A DNA stretch of 64,000 nucleotides, from positions 1,984,001-2,048,000 of the forward strand of contig OZ220732.1 in NCBI GenBank assembly GCA_965116905.1, read 5' to 3'. The position numbers and the translations under genes are program-made. Positions 6,933 to 18,391 of the stretch are shown in pieces (within the stretch, counting starts at the first letter, position 1; the number at the start of each line of letters is the position of its first letter). Below the pieces are notes generated by a model. The model did no database searches, was not told the origin of the DNA, and saw only the letters and a list, made by a program, of their open reading frames with translations. Source of the stretch: Longimicrobiales bacterium (lineage in GTDB: Bacteria; Gemmatimonadota; Gemmatimonadetes; Longimicrobiales; Gaopeijiaceae).

Positions 6933-8802
6933 GGACCGCCCTCCTCTCGAGCAGCCGGAAGTGCAGCCAGGTCGCGACGAACACCACCGCGAAGAGGATC
7001 CAGCTCATCGCGGCGGCGTTGCCGAAGCGGAGGAACTCCCAGGCCTCGCGGTAGATGTGGTAGACGGCCACGTCGGTAGCACCCAGCGGGCCGCCCTCGG
7101 TCATCACGTAGACGAGCCCGAAGACCTGGAATGAACCGATCACCGAGGTGACCAGCACGAAGAACAGCGTGTGGCGCAGGCCGGGCAGCGTGATGTGGCG
7201 GAAGCGCTGCACCGGCCCGGCGCCGTCCACGCGCGCCGCGTCGTACCAGTCGCGCGGGATGGCGGCCAGCCCCGCCTGGAAGACGACCATCTGGTAGCCG
7301 ACCACCATCCAGACGCTGATCGCCATCAGGGTGACGAGCGCGGTCTCGGGCGAGGAAAGCCACGCCACCGGGCCCAGTCCCGCGGACCCCAGCAGCCGAT
7401 TGACGGGGCCGTAGCCATCGTTCAGCAGCCACTTCCACACCACGGCGATCGCCACCACGCTGGTGATGCCGGGCAGGAACAGGGCCAGACGGGCCAGGCG
7501 GACCGCGCGCCGGGACCCCCGGGTGAGGAGGGCGAGCGCCAGGGCGACGGCCATCGCCAGGGGCACGTGCAGCGTGAAGACCGCGGTGTTGCGAAGCGCC
7601 CCCCACCAATCGGCATCCAGCAGAATGTCACGGTACTTGTCGAGGCCGACGAACGAGTGGACGGGGTCGACGAGGTGCCACTCGTGCAGCGAGATCCACA
7701 GGGAGAAGAGCAGGGGGCCGAAGGTGAAGACGGCGAGGAGGAGGGCGGCCGGGGCGAGAAACGCCCACGCCGTGACGGTGCGGCGCAGCAGGGGCGGACG
7801 CGCCGAGAGCGAAAGCAGGAAGAGGATGAGCGCCGTGAGCAGGGACGCGGCGGTGGCCGCGGCCGCAAGCGGGACGGTCGGTGCGCGCGTTTCCTCGTAG
7901 CCGAGCAGGGCGATGTGCAGGGCGGGAGCGGGGGCGGCGGGGGCCTGTGTGGGGAGGGGGACGAGGCCGGCGTGCCAGGTCGTGCCGTCCACCTCGACCG
8001 TGAACGGGGTGGCGGTGGGGGGGCTGGAAACGGCGGCGACCGCTTCGCCGACTTCCCGCGGCATCGTCCAGAGCTGATCGGGGCGCGTCAGCGCGGCGGA
8101 GGTGGCCCAGGGGAGGCGCGCGACGCGGACGGCCCGCTCGGGATCCGCGCCGATGGCCATGGCCGTCTCGACGGCGCGGAGCGCGTGGCCGGCGTGGCCG
8201 TGGCTGAGGGCATCCAGCTCGCGGTCGGCCCAGCGGTGCGTGGTCACGGCGATCGTGCCGAGCAGTGCGGTTGCCGTGAGTGCGACGAGCGCCGGGTAGC
8301 GTGGAGGTGGCGGGGCTCGTCGCCGCGCGGCGGCCCAGGCCGACATGAGCAGCGATCCCAGCAGCGCGAGGGTGGTGGCGGTGGGGGGGAGGGGACTTGT
8401 CCCCGGTTGCGGTGGGACGGCAATCCGGACGGCGGGCTGGAGCGAGCCGGCTCGGTAGGCGTAGACGCCGGACTCGGGAGGAGTCCCGCCCTGCCCGGCT
8501 CGGCTTGGCCGCTGTCCGGCCTCCTCCGCCTGCCCGGCCTCCTCCGCCTGCCCGGCTTCCTGCGCCTGCCCGGCCTCCCCCGCCTGCACGGCCTCGATCA
8601 CCACTCCGTCATCCAGGAAGGCCTGTGCAGCCGCGTCCGCCCCGCCGCCCAGCTCCCACAAATCGGCGGCCATGCGCGCAACGCTTCTGCCGGCTGCCGC
8701 CTGTGCGTCGCTCAGTCCTCCGACCGCCACGGCGATCATCAATACCGTGCCGGCCGTGAACGCCCCGGCGGCGAGTGCGGGAAGCGCGGTCCTTCCCTTC
8801 AT
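6925..8802 (-). CDS. Carbohydrate ABC transporter permease (MalF/UgpA type) with long N-terminal extension
   Basis: C-terminal ~285 aa has FVGLDKY, IPRDWYDAARVDGAG, GGPLGATD; ~340-aa extra N-terminus. Confidence 0.9.
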   Translation of the reverse strand: MKGRTALPALAAGAFTAGTVLMIAVAVGGLSDAQAAAGRSVARMAADLWELGGGADAAAQAFLDDGVVIEAVQAGEAGQAQEAGQAEEAGQAEEAGQRPSRAGQGGTPPESGVYAYRAGSLQPAVRIAVPPQPGTSPLPPTATTLALLGSLLMSAWAAARRRAPPPPRYPALVALTATALLGTIAVTTHRWADRELDALSHGHAGHALRAVETAMAIGADPERAVRVARLPWATSAALTRPDQLWTMPREVGEAVAAVSSPPTATPFTVEVDGTTWHAGLVPLPTQAPAAPAPALHIALLGYEETRAPTVPLAAAATAASLLTALILFLLSLSARPPLLRRTVTAWAFLAPAALLLAVFTFGPLLFSLWISLHEWHLVDPVHSFVGLDKYRDILLDADWWGALRNTAVFTLHVPLAMAVALALALLTRGSRRAVRLARLALFLPGITSVVAIAVVWKWLLNDGYGPVNRLLGSAGLGPVAWLSSPETALVTLMAISVWMVVGYQMVVFQAGLAAIPRDWYDAARVDGAGPVQRFRHITLPGLRHTLFFVLVTSVIGSFQVFGLVYVMTEGGPLGATDVAVYHIYREAWEFLRFGNAAAMSWILFAVVFVATWLHFRLLERRAVHA

Positions 8803-10145
8803 CGCCTCAGGACTTCGTCGACCCTGCGGGCAACGTCCGCCGCGCTCGAGGCGAGATCCTCGCCGGTCAGGAGCCGCCGGTCCATGATCTCCACCGCCAG
8901 CGCTTCAACGCGGGAGAAGTCCCGGACGTGGGCGCCCCAGGTCACCCGGGCCCCCTCCACGAGCGAGACGAACGCCGCCTCCACCCCCGTGGTGTCACGT
9001 GCGGCGACTTCGGCCGCCACATCGGCGCGGGAGGGTATGGCCAGCCCGGAGCGCGCCCGGATCCGCTGCGCTTCCGGCGATGCCAGGAATCCGGCCAGGT
9101 CGATCGCCTGACGCAGGTTGGCCGCGTTCGGGGGCACCGCCCATCCAGAGGCGTAGAGCACGCTTGTCGCGCCGCTTTGAGATGGATGATGCGGAATCCG
9201 GATGATCGCCAGGTCTAGGTTCCCCGCATCCACGAGGTCGCGAAAAACGGGGAGCGTCCAGTGACCGGACAAGAGGAACGCCTGCCCACCCGAGGCGAAA
9301 CGGGCCTCCCGCGCCGGGTCTCCCTGTTGCACGAACTGAGCGCCGGGGGTCAGTCCGTCCTCGGCGAGCCCGGTCAGGAAGGCGTATGCGTCCAGCGCCG
9401 CGGGTCCGTCCATGAAACCGGAGGCGGCGTCGCCCTCGGGAGACAGGATATCGCCGCCGGCAGACCAGACGAACGGCACCCATTGGTAGAGGTTCCGCGG
9501 AAAGTCGAAGCCGTAGACATCCGGCCTGCCGTCGCCGTCGGAGTCGGTGGTTGCGGCACGGACCGCACGCCGGAAATCGTCCCACGTCCATTGCGCGCTT
9601 GCGGGCATGTCAATGTCTGCGCGAGACAGCACGCCACGGTTGGCGTACAGCACCATCGGCGTGAAGTCCTTGGGCAGCGCGAAGAGCGAGCTGCCACGCC
9701 GGAACGCGTCCAGGACCTGCGGGAAGACGCTGTCCGCGCGAAATCCGAGCGCTTCCTGGTAGGGTGCGAAATCGACCGCCAACCCACGGTCCACGAAGGT
9801 GGGAATGTCGGGCGAATCGAGCAGGTAGACATCGGGAGGGCGACCCGCCGCGATCGAGGTCAGGAGCCGCTCCTCGTAACCGTTCGGCGCCGATTCGAGC
9901 ACGATTCGCGTCCCCGGGCGGAGAACCTCGTACCGGTCGGCGACCCGCCGCTCGATCTCGAGTTCGTTGCCGCCGGCCCAGAGCGCGACCCGCAGCGTGA
10001 TGGCGGCGGGGGAGTCGGGGGAGCAACCTCCGGCGGCGAGGAGGAGGGCCGCCGCCAGCAGGACCGCTGCCGCGAGTGGTGCGACCGCCGCGAGGGCACT
10101 CCCAAGCGAACGTTGCCTACTCCTGAATAGTCTATTATAGCACAT
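8799..10145 (-). CDS. Sugar ABC transporter substrate-binding lipoprotein (start uncertain)
   Basis: AAGGC lipobox, PPDV, LPKDFTPMVLYAN, WTWDDF motifs. Confidence 0.92.
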   Translation of the reverse strand: MCYNRLFRSRQRSLGSALAAVAPLAAAVLLAAALLLAAGGCSPDSPAAITLRVALWAGGNELEIERRVADRYEVLRPGTRIVLESAPNGYEERLLTSIAAGRPPDVYLLDSPDIPTFVDRGLAVDFAPYQEALGFRADSVFPQVLDAFRRGSSLFALPKDFTPMVLYANRGVLSRADIDMPASAQWTWDDFRRAVRAATTDSDGDGRPDVYGFDFPRNLYQWVPFVWSAGGDILSPEGDAASGFMDGPAALDAYAFLTGLAEDGLTPGAQFVQQGDPAREARFASGGQAFLLSGHWTLPVFRDLVDAGNLDLAIIRIPHHPSQSGATSVLYASGWAVPPNAANLRQAIDLAGFLASPEAQRIRARSGLAIPSRADVAAEVAARDTTGVEAAFVSLVEGARVTWGAHVRDFSRVEALAVEIMDRRLLTGEDLASSAADVARRVDEVLRR

Positions 10146-10147
10146 TA

Positions 10148-11272
10148 TCAGTCGTCAGACAATAGCTGGATGGGGCGAGGTGCGGGCCCCACCCGATCGC
10201 CATCCGGGCCGAACAGGTGGGTTCTCTCCCAGGCGACCAGGACCTGGACGGGGTCGCCGGGGTCGACGCGCAACGACGGCGGCGTCCTCGCGATCCAGGT
10301 TGCGCTGCCCGGGCCATCGATGTGCACCCGCTGCTCGCTTCCCAGTGCCTCGATGCGCAGGACGGTGGCGGTGAAGTCGGCCCTGACCGGGGGGGTGATG
10401 TCGGGGCGGGATCTCGGCGGAGTGACCGTGAGGTCCTCCGGTCGCACGGCCAGCGTCGCCGCGGCGAGGGGCGGGTCGGCCGCGAAGCGGAACGGTCCGC
10501 CCGCGAGTGCGCCGTCGTTCGCGCGGGAGAGCCCGAGCCGGTTGATCGGGGGAGACCCCACGAAGGCCGCGACGAAGAGGCTGGCGGGTTGGCGGTAGAC
10601 CGCCTCGGGGGTGCCCACCTGCAGAATCCTGCCCCCGTCCATCACCGCGACCCGCTGCCCCAGGGAGAGCGCCTCGGTCTGATCGTGGGTGACAAAGATC
10701 ATCGTCGTGCCGAGGCGCTGATGCAGGGACGCGATCTCATCGCGGGTCCGGAGCCGCAGTCCCGCGTCGAGGTTGGAAAGTGGCTCGTCGAACAGGAAGA
10801 CCCCTGGATCACGGACCATCGCTCGGCCCAGCGCCACGCGCTGCTGCTGTCCGCCGGACAGCTGGCCGGGACGGCGCGCCAGCAGATCCCCGAGTCCCAG
10901 GATCCGGGCCGTCCGGTCCACCCGCTCCTCGATCTCGGCGCGGTCCGTGCCCCGCACGCGGAGGCCGAAACCCAGGTTGCCCGCCACGGTCATGTGCGGG
11001 TACAGGGCGTAGCTCTGGAAGACCATCGCGACATCGCGGTCGCCCGGCGGAACGTCGTTTACGCAACGCTCCCCGATCAGAATCTCGCCACCGCCGGGCT
11101 CCTCCAGTCCGGCGATCAGCCGCAGGAGTGTGCTCTTTCCGCATCCGGACGGTCCGACCAGCGCCATCAGCTCCCCGGGACGGACCTCCAGATCGGCGGC
11201 CGCGACCGCGGTCACGTCTCCAAACCGCTTTTCCACACCCCTGAGGGTGACACCGCAGGGCGCCGGGGTCAT
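10148..11272 (-). CDS. Sugar ABC transporter ATP-binding protein (MalK/UgpC type)
   Basis: [37 protein letters not shown]; start set at MTPAP, overlapping the upstream stop. Confidence 0.96.
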   Translation of the reverse strand: MTPAPCGVTLRGVEKRFGDVTAVAAADLEVRPGELMALVGPSGCGKSTLLRLIAGLEEPGGGEILIGERCVNDVPPGDRDVAMVFQSYALYPHMTVAGNLGFGLRVRGTDRAEIEERVDRTARILGLGDLLARRPGQLSGGQQQRVALGRAMVRDPGVFLFDEPLSNLDAGLRLRTRDEIASLHQRLGTTMIFVTHDQTEALSLGQRVAVMDGGRILQVGTPEAVYRQPASLFVAAFVGSPPINRLGLSRANDGALAGGPFRFAADPPLAAATLAVRPEDLTVTPPRSRPDITPPVRADFTATVLRIEALGSEQRVHIDGPGSATWIARTPPSLRVDPGDPVQVLVAWERTHLFGPDGDRVGPAPRPIQLLSDD

Positions 11273-13527
11273 GACCAAGGAACCCGGAGAGGACGGTCGC
11301 GCGGGCCCTCGTGGCGCCGCCCATCCACCGTCAGCGCGGCTCGATCCCCAGCCAACTCCACCGAGACCGTGTGTCCACGGGTTCGCACCGGGCCCATCGC
11401 GACATTCGGCAGGCCATGCGGCAGGGGCCACACCTTCGCCCGTTCCCGATTGATGTCCAGTCCCGCGACTCCGCGCGCCAGAAGGTCCAGGACCCAGGAG
11501 TGCTGATAGTCGTCGATCCCGCGGAAGTGGCAGGCGCGGCCGGTGTGCGGATTGTAGTGCTCGTAGCAGTTGGGACGCGCGGCATCGCCGCCCGTGAACA
11601 TCATGCGCACGAAACGCGTGAGCATGTCCGCCGCAACCGTGCCCGCCCGGCCATTGCCCCGACCCCAGCACCTCAGGAGTCCCTCGATCACGTGGCTGGT
11701 GGTCATGGGCCAGACCCGGCCGTTCCAGGGACAGTTGCGCCGTTTTCCGTTCCAGATCCCTTCGGCCGAGAAGCGAGGGTCGTCGACGCTGGACGAGGGA
11801 AGGGGGTATCGCGTCCCGAACGTCTCCGGGTCTTCAAGGTGGTCCAGCATCGTGCCGAGACGATGTTCGTCCACCAGATCGGTGAGCATCGGATAGAAGC
11901 CCACGGCGGCCTTCACCTCCGTACGCTCGAAGCTGCGGCCGTCGACGTCGGTGAAAAGTCCGGCCTCGGGCGACCACATTCGCTCCCGGATCGCGTCCCC
12001 CGTGCGGGAAGCCCGCGCCCACCAGCCCGACTCGTCTCCGTCGCGTCCGAGTTCGCCGGCGATGTCGCCGAGGGCGCGAAAGAGCAGGTATGCGTACACG
12101 GTCACATCGATGCCCTTGAGGCGGAGGCGCGGCTGCCACCCGGCGGTGTCCGCCCGCGGATCGACGGCCATGTATCGCGACATGTACTCCTGGCCCGTTT
12201 CGAAGTGGTTGACGACCGTGAACATCCCCGAATCCTCGGGGTCGCGCGACCGGGTCAGCCACTCGGCGTAGCGGCACAGCCCCTCGTAGCAGTATTCGAG
12301 CCGGTCCGGATCGGGCTGCATGCGGTGCACGGCCAGGACCGCGTCGCCCCAGTTGGCGTGGTAGAAGTCGGTGCGTTCGAGATGGTTCGCGTAGAGCCGG
12401 CCGTGCAGCGAGCCGTCCTCCTTCCGGTTGTCGAGGAAGTTGAGGATCGACCCCCACGCCTCCTGCCCGCCCGAGCGCCAGCGCATCTCCATCATGTGGC
12501 ACTGCGCGCTGTAGGTGATCGGCACGTGAAAGTACTCGGGCCCCTCGGCGACGGCGGGGCGCCGGATGTTGCCCCAGCGTCCCGCGATCCGGTTGAGTCC
12601 CAGCCCGTAGACGCGGTAGTCGAAATAGCGGTCGAAGTGGGGGTCGCCGCAGGTGAAGGCGGGGAAGTCGGCGAAGAAGGACCGCCACGGGCGCGAGGGT
12701 TGGGGCGTTCCCGTGGGCCGGGGTGTACCCGTGGACCGAGGCGTTCCCGTGGGCCGGGGTGTATCCGTGGGCCTGGGCGTGCCGTCGGTCTCGGGGATTT
12801 CCGGAGTCAGCTGCAGGCGGAAGCTGATCGGCCGGTCGCCCCGCACCGGGACGGCCACGGCGATCCAGGTCCATCCGATTGCATCGTCCGAACCTGAAGC
12901 GTTTGCCGCGGGGGTCTCGGCCGCCCGCGGACCTTCGGTAAAGGGGGACATCTCCCAGTCCGGCGACGCGCCTCCTTCCGACGCGACGATCCGCCGCCAC
13001 GCAGGACCCGGGTCGCTCGTCAGTTCCATGGCTACGGGGAGTTCCCCGCCCGCGCGATCCGTGACCGTTCGGACCCAGGACACGCCCACCGCCGCATCGT
13101 GCACGCCGGCCGTCGAGGGCAGGGGCTGCGCGGTGAAGCCGACGAGCCAGCCGTGTGCGCGCGGCGTCAGGGTCCACCTCGACTCGAGAAGGCCACCCGG
13201 CAGCACGCGCCGGTCCTCTGCAGCCGTGAGCAAGCCGGCGCGCGCCCGCCACCGCACGGTGAGGCGGCCGGGGCGCCAACCCGAACCGTCGTCGGCGGTC
13301 CGCTTCTCCGGTTCCAGTGGAACCTCGCGACCCTCGGCGTCCAGCAGCGCGACCGAGAAACACGGTCCGAGTTCGTATTGCAGCAGATGGACAGGATCCC
13401 AGAAGCCCGGCTTGTGCAGCCAGCGAGGGAAGGGCGGCGCCCACACGACGCCATCCAGCCCGCCCAGGAACCATTTGTCGGGACGGGCAAGGGCGGCGAT
13501 GCGGTCTCGGGCGGTTGGAAGCGTCAA
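11269..13527 (-). CDS. GH63/MGH1-like (alpha/alpha)6-barrel glycoside hydrolase
   Basis: ETGQE, WNGRVWP, CYEHYNPHTG motifs of the MGH1/trehalase-like fold; heads the ABC operon. Confidence 0.75.
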   Translation of the reverse strand: MTLPTARDRIAALARPDKWFLGGLDGVVWAPPFPRWLHKPGFWDPVHLLQYELGPCFSVALLDAEGREVPLEPEKRTADDGSGWRPGRLTVRWRARAGLLTAAEDRRVLPGGLLESRWTLTPRAHGWLVGFTAQPLPSTAGVHDAAVGVSWVRTVTDRAGGELPVAMELTSDPGPAWRRIVASEGGASPDWEMSPFTEGPRAAETPAANASGSDDAIGWTWIAVAVPVRGDRPISFRLQLTPEIPETDGTPRPTDTPRPTGTPRSTGTPRPTGTPQPSRPWRSFFADFPAFTCGDPHFDRYFDYRVYGLGLNRIAGRWGNIRRPAVAEGPEYFHVPITYSAQCHMMEMRWRSGGQEAWGSILNFLDNRKEDGSLHGRLYANHLERTDFYHANWGDAVLAVHRMQPDPDRLEYCYEGLCRYAEWLTRSRDPEDSGMFTVVNHFETGQEYMSRYMAVDPRADTAGWQPRLRLKGIDVTVYAYLLFRALGDIAGELGRDGDESGWWARASRTGDAIRERMWSPEAGLFTDVDGRSFERTEVKAAVGFYPMLTDLVDEHRLGTMLDHLEDPETFGTRYPLPSSSVDDPRFSAEGIWNGKRRNCPWNGRVWPMTTSHVIEGLLRCWGRGNGRAGTVAADMLTRFVRMMFTGGDAARPNCYEHYNPHTGRACHFRGIDDYQHSWVLDLLARGVAGLDINRERAKVWPLPHGLPNVAMGPVRTRGHTVSVELAGDRAALTVDGRRHEGPRDRPLRVPWS

Positions 13528-13625
13528 ATGGCTATTGCCGGTGTAGGATTGGTGTCGTGTCCCGGAGACGATACCGATGATCCGGCATCATATCACAACC
13601 CTGATTCCCCTGATAGATTGGGCGC

Positions 13626-15830
13626 ATGGCGACGACGGCGGCGGCTGAACGCACCACGACGATCCGCGGATTCCCGCGTCCGCTCGCGAGGGCCCTGGAA
13701 CAGTACGCCGACCGCCTCGACATCGACACGATTCGCGCGGCCTACGAACTCGCGGACGAGGCGCACGCCGGGCAGCGCCGGGCCTCGGGGGAGCCCTTCA
13801 TCAACCACGCGGTGGAGGTCGCGACGATCGTCGCGGAGCTGCAGCTCGACACCGCTTCCGTGATCTCGGCGCTCGTCCACGATGTGGTGGAAGACACGGT
13901 CGTCTCGATCCACGGAATCCGCGAGATCTTCGGCGAGGAGGTGGGGGCGATCGTCGACGGGGTCACCAAGATCGGGAAGGTGCGCTTCAGGTCGAGCACC
14001 GAGCGACAGGTCGAAAACTACCGCAAGCTGCTCCTCTCCATGGCGCAGGACGCGCGCGTGATCCTGGTGAAGCTGGCGGATCGGCTGCACAACATGCGTA
14101 CGCTCGAATACCTGCCGCCCGGCAAGCAGAAGCCGATCGCCCGGGAGACGCGCGAGATCTACGCCCCGCTGGCGCACCGGCTCGGCATGGCGGCAATCAA
14201 GTGGGAACTGGAGGACCTGGCCTTCAAGTTTCTCGATCCCGAGTCGTACGACGGCCTGCGCAAGCTGGTGCGGCAGCGGCGCCGCGCCCGTGAACGCCAC
14301 ATCCTCGAGATGCAGCGCCCGCTGGAAGATGCGCTTCTAGCGGCCGGAGTACCGGGTGAGGTGACCGGGCGTCCCAAGCACCTCTGGTCGATCCACCGCA
14401 AGATGGTCACCCAGGATAGGAGCTACGACGAGATCTACGACCTCATGGCGCTGCGCGTGATCACCGATTCGGTGGCCCACTGCTACGCCGCACTGGGCAT
14501 CATCCACGGCCGGTGGACACCGATCCAGGAGCGCTTCCACGACTACGTGGCGACCCCGAAGTCGAACATGTACCAGTCCATTCACACGACCGTGTACGGT
14601 CCCGGGGGACGCAGGTACGAGGTGCAGATCCGCACCGGCGAGATGCACCGCACCGCCGAGTTCGGGATCGCGGCGCACTGGCGGTACAAGGCCGAGGGAA
14701 AGGAGAGCGGGGTCGACGACGCGCTGACCTGGTTCCGCCAGGTGCTGGAATGGCAGAAGGACGCGAGCGAACCGGAGGAGTTCATGGAATTCCTCCGCAT
14801 GGATCTCTTCCAGGGGGAGATCTTCGTATTCACGCCAAAGGGCGAAGTCAAGCAGTTGCCGGTGGGGTCCTCACCCATCGATTTCGCCTTCTCGGTGCAC
14901 ACCGAGGTGGGGCTGCACTGCGCCGGAGCCAAGGTGAACGGGCGTATCGCCCCGCTGTCCCGCCAGCTCGCCAGCGGCGACTCGGTGGAGATCATCACGA
15001 ACGCGCGGCAATGGCCCAACCGCGACTGGCTGGGCTTCGTGAAGACCTCGCGGGCGCGCACCCGAATCCGGCAGTGGATCCGCCGCGAGGAGTTCTCCCG
15101 TGCCCGGCAGCTCGGTCAGGAACTCTTCCAGCGGGCCCTGCGCAAGGCCAAGCTCTCCAGGCCGAGCGACGACGAGACGCGCCGGGTGGCCCGCAAGCTG
15201 GGCTACAGGAGCTTCGACGAGGCGCTGGCTGCGCTGGCTCGCGGCGACATCGGGCCTTCCGCCGTCATCCGCGGCTTCTATCCCGACCAGGATCCGGCCA
15301 AGGTCGTGAAGCGGTCGCCCTCCGCGCTGGAACGGATCGCCGAGAAGATCCGCAAGTCGAACCGCGGCGTGACCATTCAGGGGATGGACAACCTGATGAT
15401 CCGGTACTCCCAGTGCTGTCAGCCCGTCCCCGGGGACAAGGTGATCGGGTACATCACGCGGGGCCGCGGCATCTCGATTCACCGGACCGACTGTCCGAAC
15501 GTTCTTAACCTGAACGAGGACCCGGAGCGGAGGGTGGAGATCGAGTGGCGGGCCGAGCGCGGCGACCGCTTCTTCGTGCATCTGCACATGGAGGGGACCG
15601 ATCGGCGGGGCCTGCTCGGGGACGTGGCCCGGACGATCAGCGAAACGGCGACCGATATCCAGCACGCGGACATGCGCGGCACGGACGGCGGCATGACGGC
15701 GGCGTTCGTCGTGGAGGTGCAGGACCTCAATCATCTGAAGCGTGTCATGCAGGCCGTGCAGCGCGTAAAGGGGGTGGTCTCCGTGGTGCGGCGCGAAAGC
15801 ATCCACGAGAGCGAACTCTTCGATGCCTGA
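13626..15830 (+). CDS. rel: Bifunctional (p)ppGpp synthetase/hydrolase
   Basis: [47 protein letters not shown] and ACT domains. Confidence 0.98.
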   Translation: MATTAAAERTTTIRGFPRPLARALEQYADRLDIDTIRAAYELADEAHAGQRRASGEPFINHAVEVATIVAELQLDTASVISALVHDVVEDTVVSIHGIREIFGEEVGAIVDGVTKIGKVRFRSSTERQVENYRKLLLSMAQDARVILVKLADRLHNMRTLEYLPPGKQKPIARETREIYAPLAHRLGMAAIKWELEDLAFKFLDPESYDGLRKLVRQRRRARERHILEMQRPLEDALLAAGVPGEVTGRPKHLWSIHRKMVTQDRSYDEIYDLMALRVITDSVAHCYAALGIIHGRWTPIQERFHDYVATPKSNMYQSIHTTVYGPGGRRYEVQIRTGEMHRTAEFGIAAHWRYKAEGKESGVDDALTWFRQVLEWQKDASEPEEFMEFLRMDLFQGEIFVFTPKGEVKQLPVGSSPIDFAFSVHTEVGLHCAGAKVNGRIAPLSRQLASGDSVEIITNARQWPNRDWLGFVKTSRARTRIRQWIRREEFSRARQLGQELFQRALRKAKLSRPSDDETRRVARKLGYRSFDEALAALARGDIGPSAVIRGFYPDQDPAKVVKRSPSALERIAEKIRKSNRGVTIQGMDNLMIRYSQCCQPVPGDKVIGYITRGRGISIHRTDCPNVLNLNEDPERRVEIEWRAERGDRFFVHLHMEGTDRRGLLGDVARTISETATDIQHADMRGTDGGMTAAFVVEVQDLNHLKRVMQAVQRVKGVVSVVRRESIHESELFDA

Positions 15831-17811
15831 ATTCGAGATTCAGGCGCCCTTCGAGCCGCACGGCGATCAGCCCGCCGCGATCGTCGAACTGGGCGAAGGC
15901 CTGCGCGCCGGGGCGCGCTTCCAGACGTTGCTGGGCGCCACGGGGACGGGAAAGACGCTCACGATGGCCCACGTCATCGCGGAGTCGAAGCGGCCCACGC
16001 TGGTCATGTCGCACAACAAGACGCTTGCCGCCCAGCTCTACGGCGAACTCAAGTCGCTGCTCCCCGCCAACGCCGTCGAATACTTCGTCTCGTACTACGA
16101 CTACTACCAGCCCGAGGCCTACGTCCCCGCGACCGACACCTACATCGAGAAGGATGCGTCCATCAACGAGGACATCGAGCGGCTGCGCCTGCGCGCCACG
16201 TCCTCGCTGATCGAACGCCGCGACGTGGTCGTGGTGGCGTCGGTGTCCTGCATCTACGGGCTGGGCAATCCGGTCGACTACCGGGGATTAATGCTCCACC
16301 TCGAAGTCGGGGAGGAGGTCCCGCGTCAGAAGATCCTGCGGGGCCTGGTCGACATCCTGTACAAGCGCAACGACATCGCCTTCGAGCGCGGCGCCTTCCG
16401 GGTGCGCGGCGACACGATCGAGGTGTTTCCGGCGTACGAGGAACAGGCGATCCGGATCGAACTTTGGGGAGACGAAATCGAGCGGATCACGCGTTTCGAC
16501 CCGCTTACCGGCGAGACGATCGCGAAGCTGGGGCGCACGGCGGTCTACCCGGCATCGCACTACGTGACGCGGCAGCGCACGATCGAGGAGATGGCCCCGT
16601 TGATCCGGGAGGAGATGGCGGCGCAGGTGGAGCAGTTCAAGGCGGCGGGACTCCTCCTGGAGGCGCAGAGGATCGAGTCGCGCACCAACTTCGATCTCGA
16701 GATGATGCTCGAGATGGGGACGTGCCCGGGCATCGAGAACTACAGCCGCTACACGAGCGGGCGGGAGCCGGGGGAGCGGCCGGCGTGTCTTCTGGACTAC
16801 TTCCCCGACGACTTTCTCCTGATCGTCGACGAGTCCCATGTGACCATTCCGCAGCTCCACGGGATGTACAAGGGCGACCGGTCGCGCAAGGAGACGCTGG
16901 TGCAGCACGGGTTCCGCCTTCCGTCGGCGATCGACAACCGTCCGCTGCGCTTCGAGGAGTGGCGGTCGCTGCTGAAACAGGTCGTGTTCGTGTCCGCGAC
17001 ACCCGGCGACTACGAGTTGGAACAGAGCGGCGGGGTCGTGACCGAACAGATCATCCGCCCCACGGGTCTGGTGGATCCGCCGATCGACGTGCGCCCGGTG
17101 CGCGGCCAGGTGGACGACCTGCTCGCGGAGATCCGCGACCGCGCGGACAGGGACGAGCGGGTGTTGGTCACCACCCTGACCAAGCGCATGGCCGAGGACC
17201 TCTCGGAGTACTTCCAGTCGGTCGGGGTGAAGGTGCGGTACATGCACGCCGACATCGACGCGATCGAGCGCATGGAAATCCTGCGTGCGCTGCGCCTGGG
17301 GAGGATCGACGTGCTCGTGGGCATCAACCTGCTGCGCGAAGGGCTCGATCTGCCCGAGGTGTCGCTGGTCGCGATCCTGGACGCCGACAAGGAGGGATTC
17401 CTGCGCAACGCCCGCTCCCTGATCCAGACGGTGGGCCGCGCGGCGCGCAACGCGAACGGCAAGGCGATCCTCTACGCGGACACCATCACCGGGTCGATGC
17501 AGGTGTGCCTCGACGAGACCGGGCGCCGCCGGCGCGTGCAGATCGCCCACAACGAACGCCACGGGATCGTGCCGAAGACCATCCGCAAGAGCGTCGAGCA
17601 GATCGAGCTGTCGACCCGCGTGGCCGACGCGCGCGACAAGCCGGTCGCCAAGGTGGCGGAGTCCGCGCCCGATTACGCGGACGAGATCGACTCGGAGGCC
17701 TTTGTGAAGATCCTCGAGGAGGAGATGGCCAAGGCGGCCGAGGCGCTGGACTTCGAGAGGGCGGCCACCCTGAGGGACCAGCTGTTCGACCTCAAGGCGG
17801 CGGTGGGTTGA
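15823..17811 (+). CDS. uvrB: Excinuclease ABC subunit B
   Basis: [33 protein letters not shown]-terminal UVR domain. Confidence 0.99.
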   Translation: MPEFEIQAPFEPHGDQPAAIVELGEGLRAGARFQTLLGATGTGKTLTMAHVIAESKRPTLVMSHNKTLAAQLYGELKSLLPANAVEYFVSYYDYYQPEAYVPATDTYIEKDASINEDIERLRLRATSSLIERRDVVVVASVSCIYGLGNPVDYRGLMLHLEVGEEVPRQKILRGLVDILYKRNDIAFERGAFRVRGDTIEVFPAYEEQAIRIELWGDEIERITRFDPLTGETIAKLGRTAVYPASHYVTRQRTIEEMAPLIREEMAAQVEQFKAAGLLLEAQRIESRTNFDLEMMLEMGTCPGIENYSRYTSGREPGERPACLLDYFPDDFLLIVDESHVTIPQLHGMYKGDRSRKETLVQHGFRLPSAIDNRPLRFEEWRSLLKQVVFVSATPGDYELEQSGGVVTEQIIRPTGLVDPPIDVRPVRGQVDDLLAEIRDRADRDERVLVTTLTKRMAEDLSEYFQSVGVKVRYMHADIDAIERMEILRALRLGRIDVLVGINLLREGLDLPEVSLVAILDADKEGFLRNARSLIQTVGRAARNANGKAILYADTITGSMQVCLDETGRRRRVQIAHNERHGIVPKTIRKSVEQIELSTRVADARDKPVAKVAESAPDYADEIDSEAFVKILEEEMAKAAEALDFERAATLRDQLFDLKAAVG

Positions 17812-18359
17812 GCCCGACGGCCGGGACCGGTGGTGACCGCGCGGGAACCGCGAACGCGCCGGCGTCAGGCACCGGGGGCCACCGGGCCGTCCATCTCACC
17901 GAAGACGAACTGGTCGCATGGGGACACCGGATCGGAGCCACCGCCGAGGTCCCGGTCTTCATCGGCCTGATCGGGCCCCTGGGTGCGGGCAAGTCCGTTC
18001 TGGCACGGGCCGTCGCACGCGGGGCCGGCGTGGAGGGCGCCCTGCCGTCCCCGACGTTCAACATCGTGTTCCGGTACCCGGCTCCCGGGGCGGCGGTCAT
18101 CCACGCCGACCTCTTCCGCATTGCCTCGGAGCAGGAGCTGGCCGGGATCGGATGGGAGGACATGGTAGCCGACATGAGGGCCATCGTGCTGGTCGAGTGG
18201 TGTGCACGCGCGGGGAGCGAACTGCCGCGCAACCGCTGGGAAGTCACGCTGGGCTTTGTCGACGACGTTGCGCGGCGCGCGGTGCGCGTGGAGCGCATTG
18301 GCGAGCCCTCGCCCCTTCCGGGTCCGGGTCTTGACGCGCCCGGAGAGGGCGCGGAGTAG
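17808..18359 (+). CDS. tsaE: tRNA t6A biosynthesis ATPase TsaE (start uncertain)
   Basis: [26 protein letters not shown]. Confidence 0.92.
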   Translation: MSPTAGTGGDRAGTANAPASGTGGHRAVHLTEDELVAWGHRIGATAEVPVFIGLIGPLGAGKSVLARAVARGAGVEGALPSPTFNIVFRYPAPGAAVIHADLFRIASEQELAGIGWEDMVADMRAIVLVEWCARAGSELPRNRWEVTLGFVDDVARRAVRVERIGEPSPLPGPGLDAPGEGAE

Positions 18360-18391
18360 CGGTCCGTGGTGCCGACGAGCGGCGGATCCGG

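Noticed and set aside
16464..18359. 631-aa ORF suggesting an extended TsaE
   Set aside because: The upstream part is an off-frame overlap of uvrB; only the last ~180 aa are TsaE
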